Translations under genes and position numbers: made by a program | Notes under the pieces: model-generated | What the model was told of the DNA's origin: nothing | The model's input: the letters and a program-made list of their open reading frames with translations, nothing else | Database searches by the model: none | Shown: piece by piece, positions 63,662 to 64,000 of the stretch | Layout: the number at the start of each line of letters is the position of its first letter | Numbering within the stretch: the stretch's first letter is position 1 | Source of the DNA: Octopus bimaculoides | Lineage: Eukaryota | Assembly (NCBI RefSeq): GCF_001194135.2 | Contig: NC_068987.1 | Span: 23,706,150 to 23,770,149, forward strand | Direction of reading: 5' to 3' | DNA length: 64,000 nucleotides

Positions 63662-64000
63662 GTTTGCATTAGTTTTTTTTGTTTTCCTTGTTTGACATTT
63701 TAAAAAATTGTTGCATCTTCCTTTCTTTGTCTTACTCCATCTTGTAACTTTTGACTTTTTTTTTTCTGTCTACTTATTTGCTTCATGTAAGGATAAATTA
63801 TAACTGACGTTTCTACCATTTTAATAACACACCTCAGATTACTTCTGGTTCTTTGATAAAAGATCTTACTTTCTATTAAAACACAACTGACCTCACATTA
63901 TGAAAATGTTGTGTTCCTAAAAGTTTTAATGTAACACAGTTCTACAATGCAGAACCTTTTCCAATTGACTTCCATATAATCTGGAAAACAATGGAAAATA

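Overview
AT-rich, repeat-dense, gapped (N-run) animal genomic DNA, most likely a coleoid cephalopod (Octopus-type repeats; inferred, not database-checked). Three + strand spliced genes are supported. (1) An unrecognised 3-exon gene (CDS 11200-11263, 28626-29094, 29411-29441) encoding a ~187-aa protein: signal peptide, KR site, Arg/Asp mixed-charge tract, His/Asp-rich tract and a GPI-type C-terminal signal. (2) MRPL55, complete, 111 aa (41868-41884, 44749-44923, 45848-45991). (3) The first three coding exons of signal peptide peptidase HM13 (55136-55342, 58883-58981, 63579-63661). The rest is decayed RTE, CR1/L2 and CRE LINEs, at least three tRNA-derived SINE families, mariner and maT transposons, piggyBac-like MITEs/foldbacks, Penelope-like termini and microsatellites. 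Best leads: the orphan GPI-type polyampholyte gene, and a sense-strand type I hammerhead ribozyme (26935-27024) in its first intron, preceded by a 99-nt antisense arm that could mask it. Family names come from recalled motifs, no searches were run, and repeat boundaries are approximate.
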